A stretch of DNA of 64,000 bases. Source: Octopus vulgaris. Its lineage: Eukaryota. The stretch is from NCBI GenBank assembly GCA_951406725.2, contig OX597827.1:44950001-45014000 (forward strand). The letters are read 5' to 3'. The notes under the pieces are model-generated. The model did not search any database. It saw only the letters and a program-made list of their open reading frames with translations, and was not told the origin of the DNA. Made by a program: the position numbers and the translations under genes. This document shows, in pieces, positions 1 to 14,376 of this stretch; within the stretch, counting starts at the first letter, position 1; the number at the start of each line of letters is the position of its first letter.

Positions 1-1064
1 TGGCTGCAAACCCACCTCACATAATTTACTGAAATAAACAATATTTGAAATTCTGTCAAAACAGGGTATTGGCTGAACACCTGTGAATTTTTATACCAGT
101 CATATTCAGACCAAATATTCTACCTGTTTTATGTTTAAACTGACCACATCCAGTTCTCACATCTGCCCTACAGTGTCATTCTAAAAGTTACTAATCACAT
201 CATTGAAATTTTGAAGCTGTGAGATAGTGCATGACTAACTCAAAACAATGTCAATAAATAAGCATTCCATTTGACTGAATAATCTGAATGCTAAAGGGTT
301 AAAGCAAATATCTCATTTGTTATACAATCTCTGAGGATTTGATAATATAATCTGAGTGTAATGTAAAACCTTGGATAACTAATCTATTCATTAATGAAAT
401 ACATGCACGCATGCATTGAATAAATGTATAAACTTATCTCCACTCTGTTTTTTTTCTCCATATGTCATACTCTTATGTGTGTGCGTATACACGCACACAT
501 GTATGCTTGTACATATGTAGTGTATTTTTTGTGTGGTATATGTATTTCTAACTGAATCAGTCATACTACTTTTGCATCATGATTACAAACCTTAACCATT
601 TTTCAAAAAATTTATTCTAAAAGCCATTACAGTTCTAAATACGATACAGCATGTTGTTGTTGTTGTTATTAGTGATGGTGTTCTTGTTAAATGTTATTGG
701 TTGCTGTTCTTTGTTGAAAAAATCAAGTAAATATAAAATTAAAATTCAAAAGAGAGGAGAATGCGAATGAGAATGCCGTGCACAACCTGTCCCCTTCCCC
801 CCTTTGAGAGGTATTAGATGTGGAAGTTGAAGATTGGAACTGGCAGCAGACAAGATTTATTATTATTATGGCCATGGAAGGCTTCTCTCTCTCTCCCTTT
901 CTCTCACTCCTTCTCTCACTCTCTCTCTCTCATGGCAACCAAAACCTTGCTTTTCAAATTCCCTGTCTATTTGACAAAATATAAAATTTAAAAAAATAAA
1001 CAATATAACAAAAATATCACTTAAAAAAACATATTTCATCAAGGAAAATAAAACTTAAAATGAA

Positions 1065-1112
<48 letters not shown>

Positions 1113-2429
1113 CATTATCGTTTGTGAGAGCATCAACCAAAATTCTTTGCAGTATTTAGTCACATCATTTAAGGGGGGAAAAAAGAAGGAAAAAAGTGTT
1201 GGATTTAGAGTTTGAAATTGTTAGGGTGATAAACAAAATGCCTTGTGAAAATTAGCAGCAATATCACTTAGTATTCTGAGTTCAAATCATGCCAGAATTG
1301 ACTTCACATTCCAGCCTTCCAAACTTCATGAAATTATTGATTCATAAAATAGTGATTTTGTGCCTACGTTAGAAGCTATAATAAGGGTTAATGCATGGGC
1401 AGGTTATCAGTATTTGTTCTGGGTTTTTACATTGAGTTCAAGATCAGCTTTACACTGAATCCTTGCTGGTTTGATAAAATAGAATACCAGTCAAGCACTG
1501 TAGTAGCAGTAGTAGTATTAATGGTGGTGGTAATAGTATAGGGAAATGCACTCTAACAGTGTGTTGCTGTATCAATTTTTTTAAAATTCCCTACTCTTGG
1601 CAAGGGGCACCTTTGTACCACTCAGGTGGTAACCCCCCAGCTCATGGGTCTGTTTTGGGTAGTTATTTTTGATGAAGGTTTTACAAGGTCAGAGTGCAAG
1701 TCCTACCTCCACTTCTTTTATGACATGCAGAGGAAATACTAGGTCTGTTCTTTGACACACCTGTCCCCACTCAGTTTTGGGATCAGTATAATCCACCGTT
1801 ATCCTCCTCCAAAACTCCAAACATTATGCTTGTTAAAAACAATTATACAGTGGTTGTGAACTGGCAGAATTGTTAGAATGTAGGGTAGAATGCCTTGTGG
1901 TGTTTCTTCGAGATCAAGCATGGGTGAGCTTTATAAAGAAGCAGATCTCATGAGCCATGGCTTGTCTTCCATCAGGTGAGCCATAGTACTTAAACTTCAA
2001 GATAGTTTTACGCTAGGCACACTGTCCAGAAAGTCCTTCAGGTCATGGTTTGCCCATGATTGTTCTAGATCTTTATATTTTGAGTTCAAATCCTGCTGAG
2101 GTATATTTAGCCTTCGGCCCTCTAGGATCAGTAAAAGGATGTGGCAGTCTAGAAATGGGGGTGGGGGTAGTCATCAATGGCATCAACTTATACCTTTCCA
2201 TCAAAAATGCTGGCCTTGTACCTATATTAGAAAGGAAACTTGTTGAAATGGCATTGTCACTCGGGTGTTGAAATAAACTACTTGCAATATTTCTTTGGAC
2301 TCTCTGTGGCATAAGTTCAAATCCTGCTCAGATCAACTTTGCCTTTCATCCCTCTGTACTTTACAAAATAAAATACAAATAAAGTACTGGGTTGAAGGTA
2401 TCTACTAGCCCCTCATTTCAGACAACTGA

Positions 2430-2491
2430 CCATGTGTCATACATACATCCATACATACGTACGTATGTATGTATACATGCATATAGATGTA

Positions 2492-2541
<50 letters not shown>

Positions 2542-2642
2542 GCTTGCATACATATTTATGTATACATGTATATGTATGTATGCATATGTATGTATAATTG
2601 TATATACGCATAAATAAATGTTTATATCTGTGTATAAATATA

Positions 2643-2693
<51 letters not shown>

Positions 2694-2738
2694 ATCTGTG
2701 TATAAATATATATTTATATATATATATAAATATATATT

Positions 2739-2771
<33 letters not shown>

Positions 2772-3000
2772 ATATATCTATGTATAAATATATATGTATG
2801 TGCTTATGTGTATATGTATGCATATGTGTGTGTATATATATATATGAGTATATAAATGCACACCTGTAATTGTGTATGTGTATATAAATATACACATACG
2901 TGCGCTCACACAAACAATTACATACAAACACACTTATGCATACGTATATCATCAGCATACATAAACACACACTCGCAGTCACTCTCACACACACACACAA
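2430..3000. repeat. (TA)n/(TG)n/(CA)n microsatellite block
   Basis: Seen directly; source of spurious YIYI/CVCV ORFs. Similar blocks at 5320-5980, 15190-15600 and 25130-25350. Confidence 0.95.
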
Positions 3001-3653
3001 TACATTTCCCGCCTTTACTCTTTGTCTGTCCTCTGTATTGAAGAAAATCAATAATTGTCTTTATTATTAAATTTTTTCCTTTGTCATCTCCTTTTAACAA
3101 TTTCTATTATCATTATTATTATTACTATTATTATTATTATTATCATTATCATCATCATCATCATTGTTTTTATTATTAAATTCATTTCAACTTTTCAACT
3201 CATATGGTTGTCTTTGTTTTTGTTGGTTTTTATGTTGTTGTTTTTTTTTATATATGTCTTTGTTTTTCTTATCTTGCAATTTATTTTGTTATTGTTGTTT
3301 TTAGTTTTATATTTTCCATTTCTGATTTTAAAGAGTTTCGGACAAAATCATAGCTTCTTGTTTGTTGAGTTTGTTGTCAATGCCGCGTTGCGACTGCTTT
3401 AGTTGTATATTTTTGGTTTTTCTTTTTGCTTTGTTATATATATTCTCATTTCATCCTTCTATAATAATGATGATAATAATGATAATAACAACAACAATAA
3501 TAATAATAATAATATTTCATTTTTCCCTCCTCTCTTATTTCTTCGTTTTTCAATTTCAAAAATTAAATTTCGATGTGTATGTGTGTACATGTAAGCATGT
3601 ATATATCTACATATTTATGTGTTTGTCTGTGTGTGTGTGTGTGTGTATGTATG

Positions 3654-3687
<34 letters not shown>

Positions 3688-4036
3688 TATATATACTTAC
3701 ACACACATATATAGTATCACACACGCACACAAATTTATATGGATGTACATATGCATTGTATTTTGGAGTAAAGTTCATTTTCCTTTTGTATTTTCAATGA
3801 ATATTTATGAAATTGTTAATATCACAATAATAAGAGGAAAATATATCCACACCCCACATCACCACTAACACATTTCCACCACACCTAACTTCAATTCTCT
3901 CTTTTTTTTTTTTTTTTTGTTCTGCCTTATCTCCTTCTGTCTCTGGATTTCTTTAGTTATGTTTAGGCCTTAACTGAATTTGTATGTCTTTTTACATACT
4001 GTTGTTGTTTAACAAAAAAAAGCAGTAGTTTGTTGT

Positions 4037-4082
<46 letters not shown>

Positions 4083-4181
4083 TGACATTGTTGTTGTTAT
4101 TGTTGTATTTCAAAGCTGATAAGAGCAGCACTTATGATGTCTGTTGCTGTTGCAATAATAATATTAATGATAATAATGATG

Positions 4182-4212
<31 letters not shown>

Positions 4213-4221
4213 CAACAACAA

Positions 4222-4598
4222 GGCGCAGGAGTGGCTATATGGTAAGTAGCTTGCTTACCAACTGCATGGTTCCTGGTTCAGTCCCACTGCGTGGCACCTT
4301 GGGCAATTGTCTTCTACTATAGCCTTGTGAGTGGATTTGGTAGACAGAAACTGAAAGAAGCCCGTCATATATAAATTTATATGTATATATATATATATGT
4401 GTGTGTTTTTGTCTCCCCCAACATAGCTTGACAACCGATGCTGGTGTGTTCACGTCCCCTTAATTAGCAGTTCAGCAAAAGTGACCGATAGAATAAGTAC
4501 TAGACTTACATAGAATAAGTCCTGTGGTTGATTTCCTCGACTAAAGGCGGTGCTCCAGCATGGCTGCAGTCAAATGACTGAAACAAGTAAAAGAGTAA
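4222..4598 (+). mobile_element. tRNA-derived SINE family A (CORE-like)
   Basis: GGCGCAGGAGTGGC..TGGTAAG A-box region, GGTTCAGTCCC B-box-like, CCTTGGGCAA CORE-like motif, internal (TA)/(TG) tract and GTAAAAGA tail; many copies in the window. Confidence 0.85.
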
Positions 4599-5439
4599 CC
4601 CTTTCTACAATAGGCACAAGGCCTGAAATTTGAGAGGGGGGGGGGTGGCTTGTCGATTAATAATAATGATGATGATGATGATTTCTTTTATTAGCCACAG
4701 GGACACATATGAGAGTGTCATCAGAATAACAACAGTAGTAGTATTAGTAGTAGTTTTTGTTGTTGTTGCTGTGTTATGTTGGTGGTGAAGGTGCTGGTGG
4801 GGTGTGGTGGGGTCAGAAACGGTGGGTATGCCCTCATGATTATGAGGATTTTTGTTGCAGGATTTGTGGTGTTGGTGGTGGTGATGGTTGATGTTATTGT
4901 TGTGATATTGGTGCCAATTGTGATGGAAGTAGTAGTAGTACTACGAGTAGTGGTAGTAGTAGTCGTGGTAGTAGTAGTAAGAGGAGGAGGAGGAGCAGTA
5001 GTGGTGGTAGTGGTGAGTAGTTTTGTTGGTGTTCATGGAGGTAGTGCGTTTTTCAGGAGTTGCCTGTAAGGGGGGGGAGATGAGTATGGGGCGGGGGGGG
5101 TATGGGGAGACAGGTGCGAATGTGTGGAATCATAATTTCTTTTCACTCTTCATCTTGAAAGATTTCCAGTAAATCCAATAGAATGATGTCTTCCAGTTAA
5201 CATATATTTCTTTGTAATGTTTGCTGCTTCTGCAGCAGCCAACTAAGAGGAGGAGGCGTGGAATTTAATAGGGTGATAACCTGTTCTATCTGGCTTTCTG
5301 GCTTCTTTGCTAATATTTTATACACACACATACATGCATATATATATATATATATATACACACACATACACTCATTTACACTCATAAAATATATATATGG
5401 ATACACATATGCATATGTCTAGATACATATACATGCATG

Positions 5440-5485
<46 letters not shown>

Positions 5486-7484
5486 CATACACACACACTC
5501 ATTTACATATATACGTACACACATCACACATACAAATATCTAGATACACATACATGCATGCATATATACATATATATGCATAAAGATGTATATATATATA
5601 CACATATACATACATACTTATATACACTCACATAAATATATATGCTTACAAACAACACACATATACATGTATCTTGATACACATACATGCATACATATAT
5701 ATATATACGCATGTGCCTTCATTATATATATATGTGTGTGTGTGTGTGTATGTGTGTGTATACATGCACACACACAAGTGTGTGTCTTTAGATATTTAAA
5801 TGTATATGTTTATATTGTTTATATCCATAGATGTGAATATGTGTATTCATTTGTATTTGTGTGGTGGAGTTTGTGTGCACATGTATATGTGTGTGTGTGT
5901 GGGTGTGTATACATATGTATGTGGATATAACTATATATAGTTATGTGTGTATATATAAATGTATGTGTGTGTGATATATATTGTTTCTTTCATCTTTCAT
6001 TATTTCTCCATTCCATTTTATGTTATTCAATAGTTATTTTATTTTATTATTTTTTTAACCATTTTCACTGCCTGTTTCAAAGAGAAATTTCGAAATTCTA
6101 GTGTTTTAATGTAAATCTCCATGTATTTGGTAAAAAGCCCTTACCTTTACTCTCCTTTCACCACCATCACCCCTACTCCATGCCCTCTTGTCTCATCAAG
6201 TACAGGTTGTGTGTATACATATGCATGCGTGTGTGTAACTGTCCATTCCACATTTAGTTTATTGTGCACACGCAATCTACCTCCAAATATATATATATGT
6301 GTTATAACAGTGTGAGGACAAAATGGCAAAACGGATAAGGTATCGGTCTAGTAACTCATAAGCTGTGCCTGTGAGTTCATATAATTCAGTAATTGCATCA
6401 TAACATTACTAGAATTAAATGCAGTGTGTTATTGTGTTTCTGTGGAAAAATCAATAACTATTATTACCCAGCTGGAACACAGATATAGCTCTGGCCTTAA
6501 AAGGTGAAACAAGGAAGGACAATTTTCGCATTATCTATTAAGTCAGTGGCTCAGTGGTTAGAGCATTGGGCTCACAATCAGGAAGTAGTGAGTTTGATTC
6601 CTGGACCAGGCTGTGTGTTATGTTCTTGAGGAAGAGACATCATTTCACGTTGCTCCAGTTCACTCAGCTGCTGAAATAAGTTGCAATGTCACTGGTGCCA
6701 AGCTGTTTCGGCCTTTGCCTTTCCCTTGTGGGAAGGCTGGTATGCATGGGTGACTGCTGGTCTTCTATAAACAAACAACCTTGCCTGTACTTGTACCTCA
6801 GAGGGTGACTTCCTAAGCATAATCGCAAGGTCATTCATGACTGAAGGGCTTCTTTATGAAATCAAGGGTCCTTTACCACCAGGCTGTGAATCATTTGGTA
6901 CTGAGTTGCACAGAAACAATAGATTTTAAAATTATCTCTATTTTATCAACTATTGCAATCTGCATGGTTTTTTGCATTATTTATGTGTGATATATGTGAA
7001 GGTATGTGACTTAGTAGTTAGGGTAATTGGCACACAATCGCAAAGGTTGTGAGTTCAATTCGTAGTAGTGCATTTCGTTTTTGACCAAAACACCTTATTT
7101 CATGTTGCTCTAGTCTACTTAGCTGGCAAAATTCAGCTGTAGCTGTAATTCAAAGGGCTGGTCTTGTTATATTCTGTGTCATGCTGAATCTCCTTGAGAA
7201 CTACGTTAAGAGAATGCATGTCTGTGGAGTGTTCAGCCACTTGCACGTTAATTTCATGTGCAGACTGTTCTGTTAATGTGTAGAATGAAAGGCAGAAAAG
7301 CATGAATTTCACAGGTAGATCATAATTTACTTACTTTCAACAGCTGTTTCATTAGGAATAATTCTATAATTATGTAATTAAGATACATAATTCATGAAAA
7401 TTAATTATTTAAATCAAATTAATTCAAAGCAGTGTTTATCCTAAATCAGCAGGAACACTACAGAGATCATCTCTTTTTATATGA

Positions 7485-7535
<51 letters not shown>

Positions 7536-7789
7536 GCATTGCTATGAGTTTTCTACAAAGTACATATCTCAATTGTAATTTGTGGAAATGCACATTGTGA
7601 TGCATTAAATTGATTATTAATTCCATCCAAGGATTATTGTTATTATTATTATATTTATCCTACATTGTATTGGCACAATGCAACCCCAAAAGCTTGTTCA
7701 CCAGTCAGCGTCATTAGACGGTGGCCAGCATAATGGCATAGGAGCTTTATTTGCATATTCAAAACGTTTCCCATCAACAAATTTAAGAG

Positions 7790-7844
<55 letters not shown>

Positions 7845-8206
7845 AAACTGGTTTCCACACAGTTTTTGTCTAACAAATACTTTCACAAAGCCTTAGTTGG
7901 CATTAGGACTGAACTCAGAACCAAGTGGTACTAGAGCAAATGCCTGACCCTCTCAGCAACCACTCAATCCTTAATCCAAGAAAGTCATTTGATGCAATAT
8001 CCATGAAACTATAATTAATATGAAAGGCATTCCTTCCACCTGCAGCAACCCTGATATTCTTTTATTCCATTAGTCCCTTTTATACAACCCACCTGAGACC
8101 CGCTGTGGTTCTATCAGTCAAACTTCCTATTTTATAGTGAACTAAATTAAAATCTTCCATTACAATTCCATGTTAATTTATGTTCCAGCTTAATAATGAC
8201 AGTTAG

Positions 8207-8431
8207 TTACTCTTTTACTTGTTTCAGTCATGTGACTGTGCCCATGCTGGAGCACCGCCTTTAGTCGAGCAAATCGACCTCAGGACTTATTCTTTGTAAG
8301 CCTAGTACTTATTCTATCGGTCTCTTTTGCCAAAATGCTAAGTTACGGGGGATGTAAACACACCAGCATCGGTTGTCAAGCGATGTTGGTGGGGAGGGGG
8401 GACAAACACAGATACACAAACATATACACAC

Positions 8432-8485
<54 letters not shown>

Positions 8486-8667
8486 TTATTTACACATATA
8501 TACAACGGGCTTCTTTCAGTTTCCATCTACCAAATCCATTCACAAGGCTTTGATCAGCCCGAGGCTATAGTTGAAAACACTTGCCCAAGGTGCCACGCAG
8601 TGGGACTGAACCTTGAACCATGTGGTTGGTAAGCAAGCTACTTACCATACAGCCACTCCTCCGCCTA
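8207..8667 (-). mobile_element. SINE family A inserted inside a piggyBac-like MITE (about 8070-8756)
   Basis: Reverse complement of family A; its flanks match the two halves of the MITE seen intact at 39085-39304. Confidence 0.8.
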
Positions 8668-9089
8668 CAATTTAACATAATTCTTCGTTATTTTGGAAAT
8701 GAATTAACACACCAGCAGTGTATTTCAACAGAAATATGGTTAACAAAAGGGTTAAAATTATCCGTGTCATTCTCAAATTCCTTTGTCTTCCCCGACCCCT
8801 CGATCAATGCTGTGTTGAGACCATTTAAAATTTGAAACACAAAGCATTGCAATTGATTGACAGGATTATGGGATTACTACTCAAACTGTATTAGTTTAGT
8901 AACTATTTGTCTACAGCTACAGCCTGACTCCAATATTTAATACAGTTTGCAGAACTAATCTACCCTCACCTACTGTGGAAGCACAAGGAAGCTCATATAA
9001 TGAATTTAAATCCTCTTAAAATGAAAAACAATTAAAATAGTTGGAGGTGAAAGCCACATTCTCTTGTCTTATGAGTTAATGTACTAAAC

Positions 9090-9386
9090 CAGGGGTTTCC
9101 AACTTTATTTTGTTTGTGGACACCCTAAGAGCTATCTTATCATCTGTGGACCCCATATATGCACATGTAAATTTTTGAAATAAAATTATTTATTTGTAGG
9201 ATAGTAAAAACTAACAATGAAATAATTTTGTTATATTCATAACAAATTTTAAATATAAATCTTAAAAATTTCAATAAATACAGGTGCCTCTCCAAGTAAA
9301 CAAAATTTATATATGGACCCACAAATTACAATTTTTCACTTGTGGACCCCCTTATAGCTTCTGTGGACCCCTGATGGGAACCCTTG
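9090..9386. mobile_element. hAT-like MITE
   Basis: CAGGGGTTTCCAA ... TGGGAACCCTTG termini, 8-bp degenerate TSD TACTAAAC/TACCAGAC, subterminal GTGGACCCC repeats. Confidence 0.65.
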
Positions 9387-9760
9387 TACCAGACAGTCAA
9401 TGAGAATTAAATTATGCTTCTCAGCTGTTACTATGTCAAACTAAAGGAATGAGCTATAAAAAGTAGGACCAACTGACAACCAAGGACTAGTTGGACTGTT
9501 GGCATAGAAACGGGGGTGGGTGGGGGGTTGGGGGGATTCCTTGTTAACTAAAACATCATCTTGCAAAATGCTTGAAGCCGCCTGTTTTTACTATGATATC
9601 ACAATGGCAGGCCATCAACAGTCAATTGGGGTGAAATGAATATGTATAGGTTAATTCACTGATTAGCACTGATAACAATATCCTTACACACATGCACACA
9701 CACACACACACACACACACACGCAGGCACATATATATGTAAATATATATATATATACACA

Positions 9761-9813
<53 letters not shown>

Positions 9814-11029
9814 TCTTTTTCTTTTATTATTTTACTTGTTTCAGTCATTTGACTGTGGCCATGCTGAAGCACTGCCTTTAGTCAAACAATTGGACCCCAG
9901 GACTTATTCCTTGTAAGCCTAGTGCTTATTCTACCGGTCTCTTTTTCTGAACCACTAAGTTACAGAGACATAAGCACACCAACATCGGTTGTCAAGCAAT
10001 ACATACCCTCTGAGCATTTCTAGAGAAGTGTCACGCCTGAGCACACGTGTGAGAATAACAAATGTCCACATTTGCATATATATATATATATATTTACAAT
10101 GGGCTTTTTTCAGTTTCCATATACTGAATCCACCCACTCACAGGGCTTTGATTGGCCCAGTGTTATAGTAGAAGGCAGTTGATCTATGTGCCATGCAATG
10201 AGACTGTACTCGGAGCAATGTTGTCGGGAAGTACACTTCTTACCACACACCCATTCCTGCACATATATGTATATATGTGTGTGTGTGTGTGTGTGTACAG
10301 ACATACACACAAGTAATGACATAATTTCATAATAAAATGTAATTTAATCAACACAATTTAAACGAATAAAAAATAAACACTTACACAGATGACTACATAA
10401 TATTATTAATTCATTAACGCATAAAGTTTAATTTTTCATTTGGCCATTAACTACAATTAACTAACAAGAAAAATAAACAGTGTGGATGAAAAAGCTATTA
10501 AAGGGTATTTATATAGAATAAATAGGTGGAAGTCCGGAAACATTAATATGTGAAAATTTCGAGTATTATTTAAAATTGAAATAAATAGTTTGTGTTGTTA
10601 AAATCTTGGACTGTCCCCCCCCCTTTTTTTTGTGTGTGGGGTGAGGCTGTAATCCATTAATGGAGTGAGGTATATTTTGAGGTGTGTGAAACCATTTTTA
10701 CACTGCTACATTGTTCACGGGTTTTCTCTGGCCCTGAGTTATAGCAACTGGCAGGGTTCCAGCCATGGGTTCAAATATTAAATAGCATATTAGGGCATGC
10801 CTACCTATGCATGTAACAGCTGGATCTAGTGGACTCTGTGGAAGAAATCTTATGGAAGCGAAGGTAGCTGCAACAAAGCATTGCGGAATGAGGGAAAACA
10901 AAATGAAGCAAGTAAGACATGTTGGTCATCCGCTGAACCCGTCTCCATCCCCAGTCATGTTGACTTGGTCTTGCTACTGGATTGAAGACAGAGATGGACA
11001 AGAGAGTTGAGTGACCTCTTGTTCACTTA

Positions 11030-11225
11030 CTCTCTTACTTGTTTCATTTGACTGCAGCCATACTGGAGCACCGCCTTTAGTCGAGCAAATTGACCCCAGG
11101 ACTTATTCTTTGTAAGCCTAGTACTTATTTTATCAGTCTCTTTTTGCCGAACTGCTAATTTACAGGGACGTAAACACACCAGCATCAATTGTCAAGTGAT
11201 GTTGGGGGGGACAAACACAGACACA

Positions 11226-11293
<68 letters not shown>

Positions 11294-11452
11294 TACGATG
11301 GGCTTCTTTCAGTTTCCGTCTACCAAATCCACTCACAAGGCTTTGGTTGGCCCGAGGCTATAGTAGAAGACCCTTGCCCAAGATGCCACGCAGTGGGACT
11401 GAACCCAGAACCATGTGGTTGGTAAGCAAGCTACTTACCACACAGCCACTCG
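11030..11452 (-). mobile_element. SINE family A
   Basis: Same sequence as the other copies. Confidence 0.85.
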
Positions 11453-11459
11453 CAGAGTC

Positions 11460-11930
11460 ATCCTTAAAGACAAGTAGGTGTTCCTCGTTGCTCTGGTGCA
11501 TGAACATATATCAAGGGGCATAGCAAGATTGGCAGAACAAGAGGTAAACTAGTGGTGTTACATCAAAGAGCTGTTCTTGCTTATAGACTCAGTTATTGAC
11601 TGAGTCCATTCTGAGTATTTGCCATGCAAACTCACTATGGATTGGAGAGAGCAAGAGCTTTTCTTCTCTTTTGTGTGGTGAGCAAGACTGAAAGTTCTGA
11701 AAAGAAACATTTCCTTCTTCAAGCAAACCCTCATCAACTTCTTCGTGTTCCACTTGGAGAAGGAGTTGAGGGTAGAGATTTTGTTGAGAGTGGTTGGATA
11801 AGAGTAGCAAAATTGGCCAGTATGGATAGACTTACTTTCAGCATACATCTTTTAGCAAAAGAGTAGAGCTGGGACAGGTTATACATACCTTTGGCATTCA
11901 GAGTAATACTGGATCTGTGGGGCTCCATTT
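11460..11930 (-). pseudogene. Decayed LINE endonuclease-region fragment
   Basis: Disrupted frames with loose APE-like C-terminal wording (..IVSLHGKYSEW..SITESISK..); high-complexity island between SINEs. Confidence 0.35.
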
Positions 11931-11944
11931 ATATATTTTTGTTT

Positions 11945-12308
11945 ACTCTTTACTCTTTTACTTGTTTCAGTCATTTGACTGCGGCCATGCTGGAGCACCA
12001 CCCTTAGTACTTATTCTATCGGTCTCTTTTTGCCGAACTGCTAAGTTACGGGGACGTAAACACACCAGCATCGGTTGTCAAGCAATGCTAGGGGGACAAA
12101 CACAGACACAAACACACACACATATACATATATATACATATATACGACAGGCTTCTTTCAGTTTCCGTCTACCAAATCCACTCACAAGGCATTGGTCGGC
12201 CCGGGGCTATAGCAGAAGACACTTGCCCAAGATGCCACGCAGTGGGACTGAACCCGCAACCGTGTGGTTGGTTAGCAAGCTACTTACCACACAGCCACTC
12301 CTGCGCCT
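11945..12308 (-). mobile_element. SINE family A
   Basis: Same sequence as the other copies, with an internal deletion. Confidence 0.85.
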
Positions 12309-12711
12309 TACTTTTTTACTTCTTTTTTTTTGTTTCCTTTTCATTATCAATTCTGTGTAAATTCCCATCATTTTTGTAATTTATCTTTTGTAATATGCTC
12401 TTCGTCCATCACCCGTTGGGCAAATAAAAGAAATACTTAATTTTTATATTTCTAGAAACTACACAGAAGCCCATTCTTTATATACAGTTATATATGTGTG
12501 TGTATGTGTATTTCTGACTCTCAATTTACACTGGCCTAAAAACAGTTGTTTGTGTTACGTACCTTAATTTGCATAACATAGTGGTTTGAGACTTAGAGAC
12601 TGATAAAATAAATGCCGGACTGAATTATAAAGCATTGAGTATTTATGATCAAAACATTTGAAGGTAGTACACTAGCATGGCTGCAGTCCAATAACTAAAA
12701 CAAATAAATGT

Positions 12712-12942
12712 TTCTTTATTACCCACAAGGGGCTAAACATAGAGGGGACAAACAAGAACAGACAAACGAATTAAGTCGATTACATCGCCCCAAGAGCATG
12801 ACTGGTACTTAATTTATCGACCCCTAAAGCATGAAAGGCAAAGTTGACTTTGGCAACGAAACTTGAACTCAGAACGTAACGGCAGACGAAATATGGCTAC
12901 GCATTTCGCCCAGCGTGCTAACGGTTCTGCCAGCTCGCCGCC
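12712..12942 (-). mobile_element. SINE family B (Meta-domain-like)
   Basis: Reverse complement of GGCGGCGAGCTGGCAGAA...GAGTTCAA...GTCAACTTTGCCTTTCAT...GGGGTCGATAAATTAAGTACC, resembling the Meta domain of metazoan SINEs. Confidence 0.75.
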
Positions 12943-12994
12943 ATAAAACTAAAACAAATAAAAGAGTATGTATGTGTACCTCTCTCTCTCTGTC

Positions 12995-13029
<35 letters not shown>

Positions 13030-13136
13030 TTATGTGTGTGTACCTCTCTCTTTCTCATATATTTATGTATTTATTTATGTGTGTGTATATATTCATGTAT
13101 ATATATTTATAAAATTTTTTTCTTGTTCCCTTTCAG

Positions 13137-13340
13137 GCTGATGAAAGTATAAACGACGAACTGGAAGCTGCTCAGATGACCAAACGCCGAGTGGACCACT
13201 TGAAAGAATATGATAGCAACCAATCCAGTGCTGTGTCATTGTGGAAGAAAACGCGCCTCGACCGAATGTTAGTAGAGTATTTTCTCAGAGCCGGCTATTA
13301 TAACGCAGCACTCCGGTTGGCAAAACACTCTCATATTGAG
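13137..13340 (+). CDS. MAEA: MAEA (macrophage erythroblast attacher / CTLH E3 ligase subunit), internal exon with LisH region
   Basis: tttcag|GCT acceptor and GAG|gtatgt donor; 204 nt, phase 0. Translates ADESINDELEAAQMTKRRVDHLKEYDSNQSSAVSLWKKTRLDRMLVEYFLRAGYYNAALRLAKHSHIE, matching recalled human MAEA (KRRIEHLKEH...[33 protein letters not shown]). Confidence 0.93.
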
Positions 13341-13399
13341 GTATGTCAACAGCTCTATCTTTACCATTTTTTTCAGTTCTTTCTTTCCTCATTGTCTCT

Positions 13400-13819
13400 T
13401 TACTCTTTTACTCTTTTACTTGTTTCAGTCATTTGACTGCGGCCATGCTGGAGCACCGCCTTTAATCAAGCAACTCGACCCCGGGTCTTATTCTTTTTTT
13501 GTAAGCCCAGTACTTATTCTATCGGTCTCTTTGCCGAACTGCTAAGTAATGGGGACATAAACACACCAGTATCAGTTGTCAAGCAATGCTAGGGGGACAA
13601 ATACAGACACACAAATACACACACACACACACATATATATACATATACATATATACGATGGGCTTCTTTTCAGTTTCCGTCTACCAAATCCACTCACAAG
13701 GCTTTGGTTGGCCCGAGGATATAGTAGAAGACACTTGCCCAAGGTGCCACGCAGTGGGACTGAACCCGGAACCATGTGGCTGGTAAACAAGCTACTTATC
13801 ACACAGCCACTCCTGCGCC
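13400..13819 (-). mobile_element. SINE family A
   Basis: Full-length copy about 60 nt downstream of the MAEA donor. Confidence 0.85.
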
Positions 13820-14139
13820 TCTTTGTTTACCAAGTTCCAGTTGATAGCAAGACTTTTGGTGATTTGGATATGATGTCTATGGGGGACTGTTCAAATGTCA
13901 CATTTTATCTGAGGAAAGGGGACAGTTGTACTTTTTCTTGCTGATTTGCTTAGAAAGACAGGGTATCTCAGCTTCTACCTAGACCAGTCACAATCAAACT
14001 GTGGCCCATGAAAATTTCTGAATGTCACACCTAATGAAAAATTACCTTGAATTTTTCTTAGTAGTGTGACCCACCTGAATATGAGCTACGTGTCATGAGG
14101 CCAGCATCTCAATACAGGTACCCCATGCTTACTCTAGAC

Positions 14140-14376
14140 CACTGGCTCTCAATAATTTTTTACCTATGGACCCCTTTGATTCCTATTTTATTCAGGTGGA
14201 CCCTAATAGTGATTCAATGTTTTTAAAAATCCCATTATTATTAGGAATTGTATAAAAAATTATTAAAAATATTGTAAGTATTGTGGAAGTATACCCAGTT
14301 TATTGGACATAAATTTTAACAACAAAATATTATATGGACCCGTAAGGGTCATATGGACCTTGGCTGAGAACCGCTA
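14140..14376. mobile_element. hAT/Charlie-like MITE
   Basis: CACTGGCTCTCAA ... CTGAGAACCGCTA termini, TSD CTCTAGAC/GTCTAAAC, TGGACCC subterminal motifs. Confidence 0.6.

Noticed and set aside
2392-5930. Many 60-200 aa ORFs rich in YI/CV/HT/II/VV
   Set aside because: These are translations of (TA)n, (TG)n, (ATT)n and (GTA)n microsatellites.
11917-12360. Recurrent ORFs such as ...RLPNPLTRLW...GTEPGTMWLVSKLLTTQPLLR
   Set aside because: Incidental frames in SINE family A, repeated at every copy and broken differently each time.
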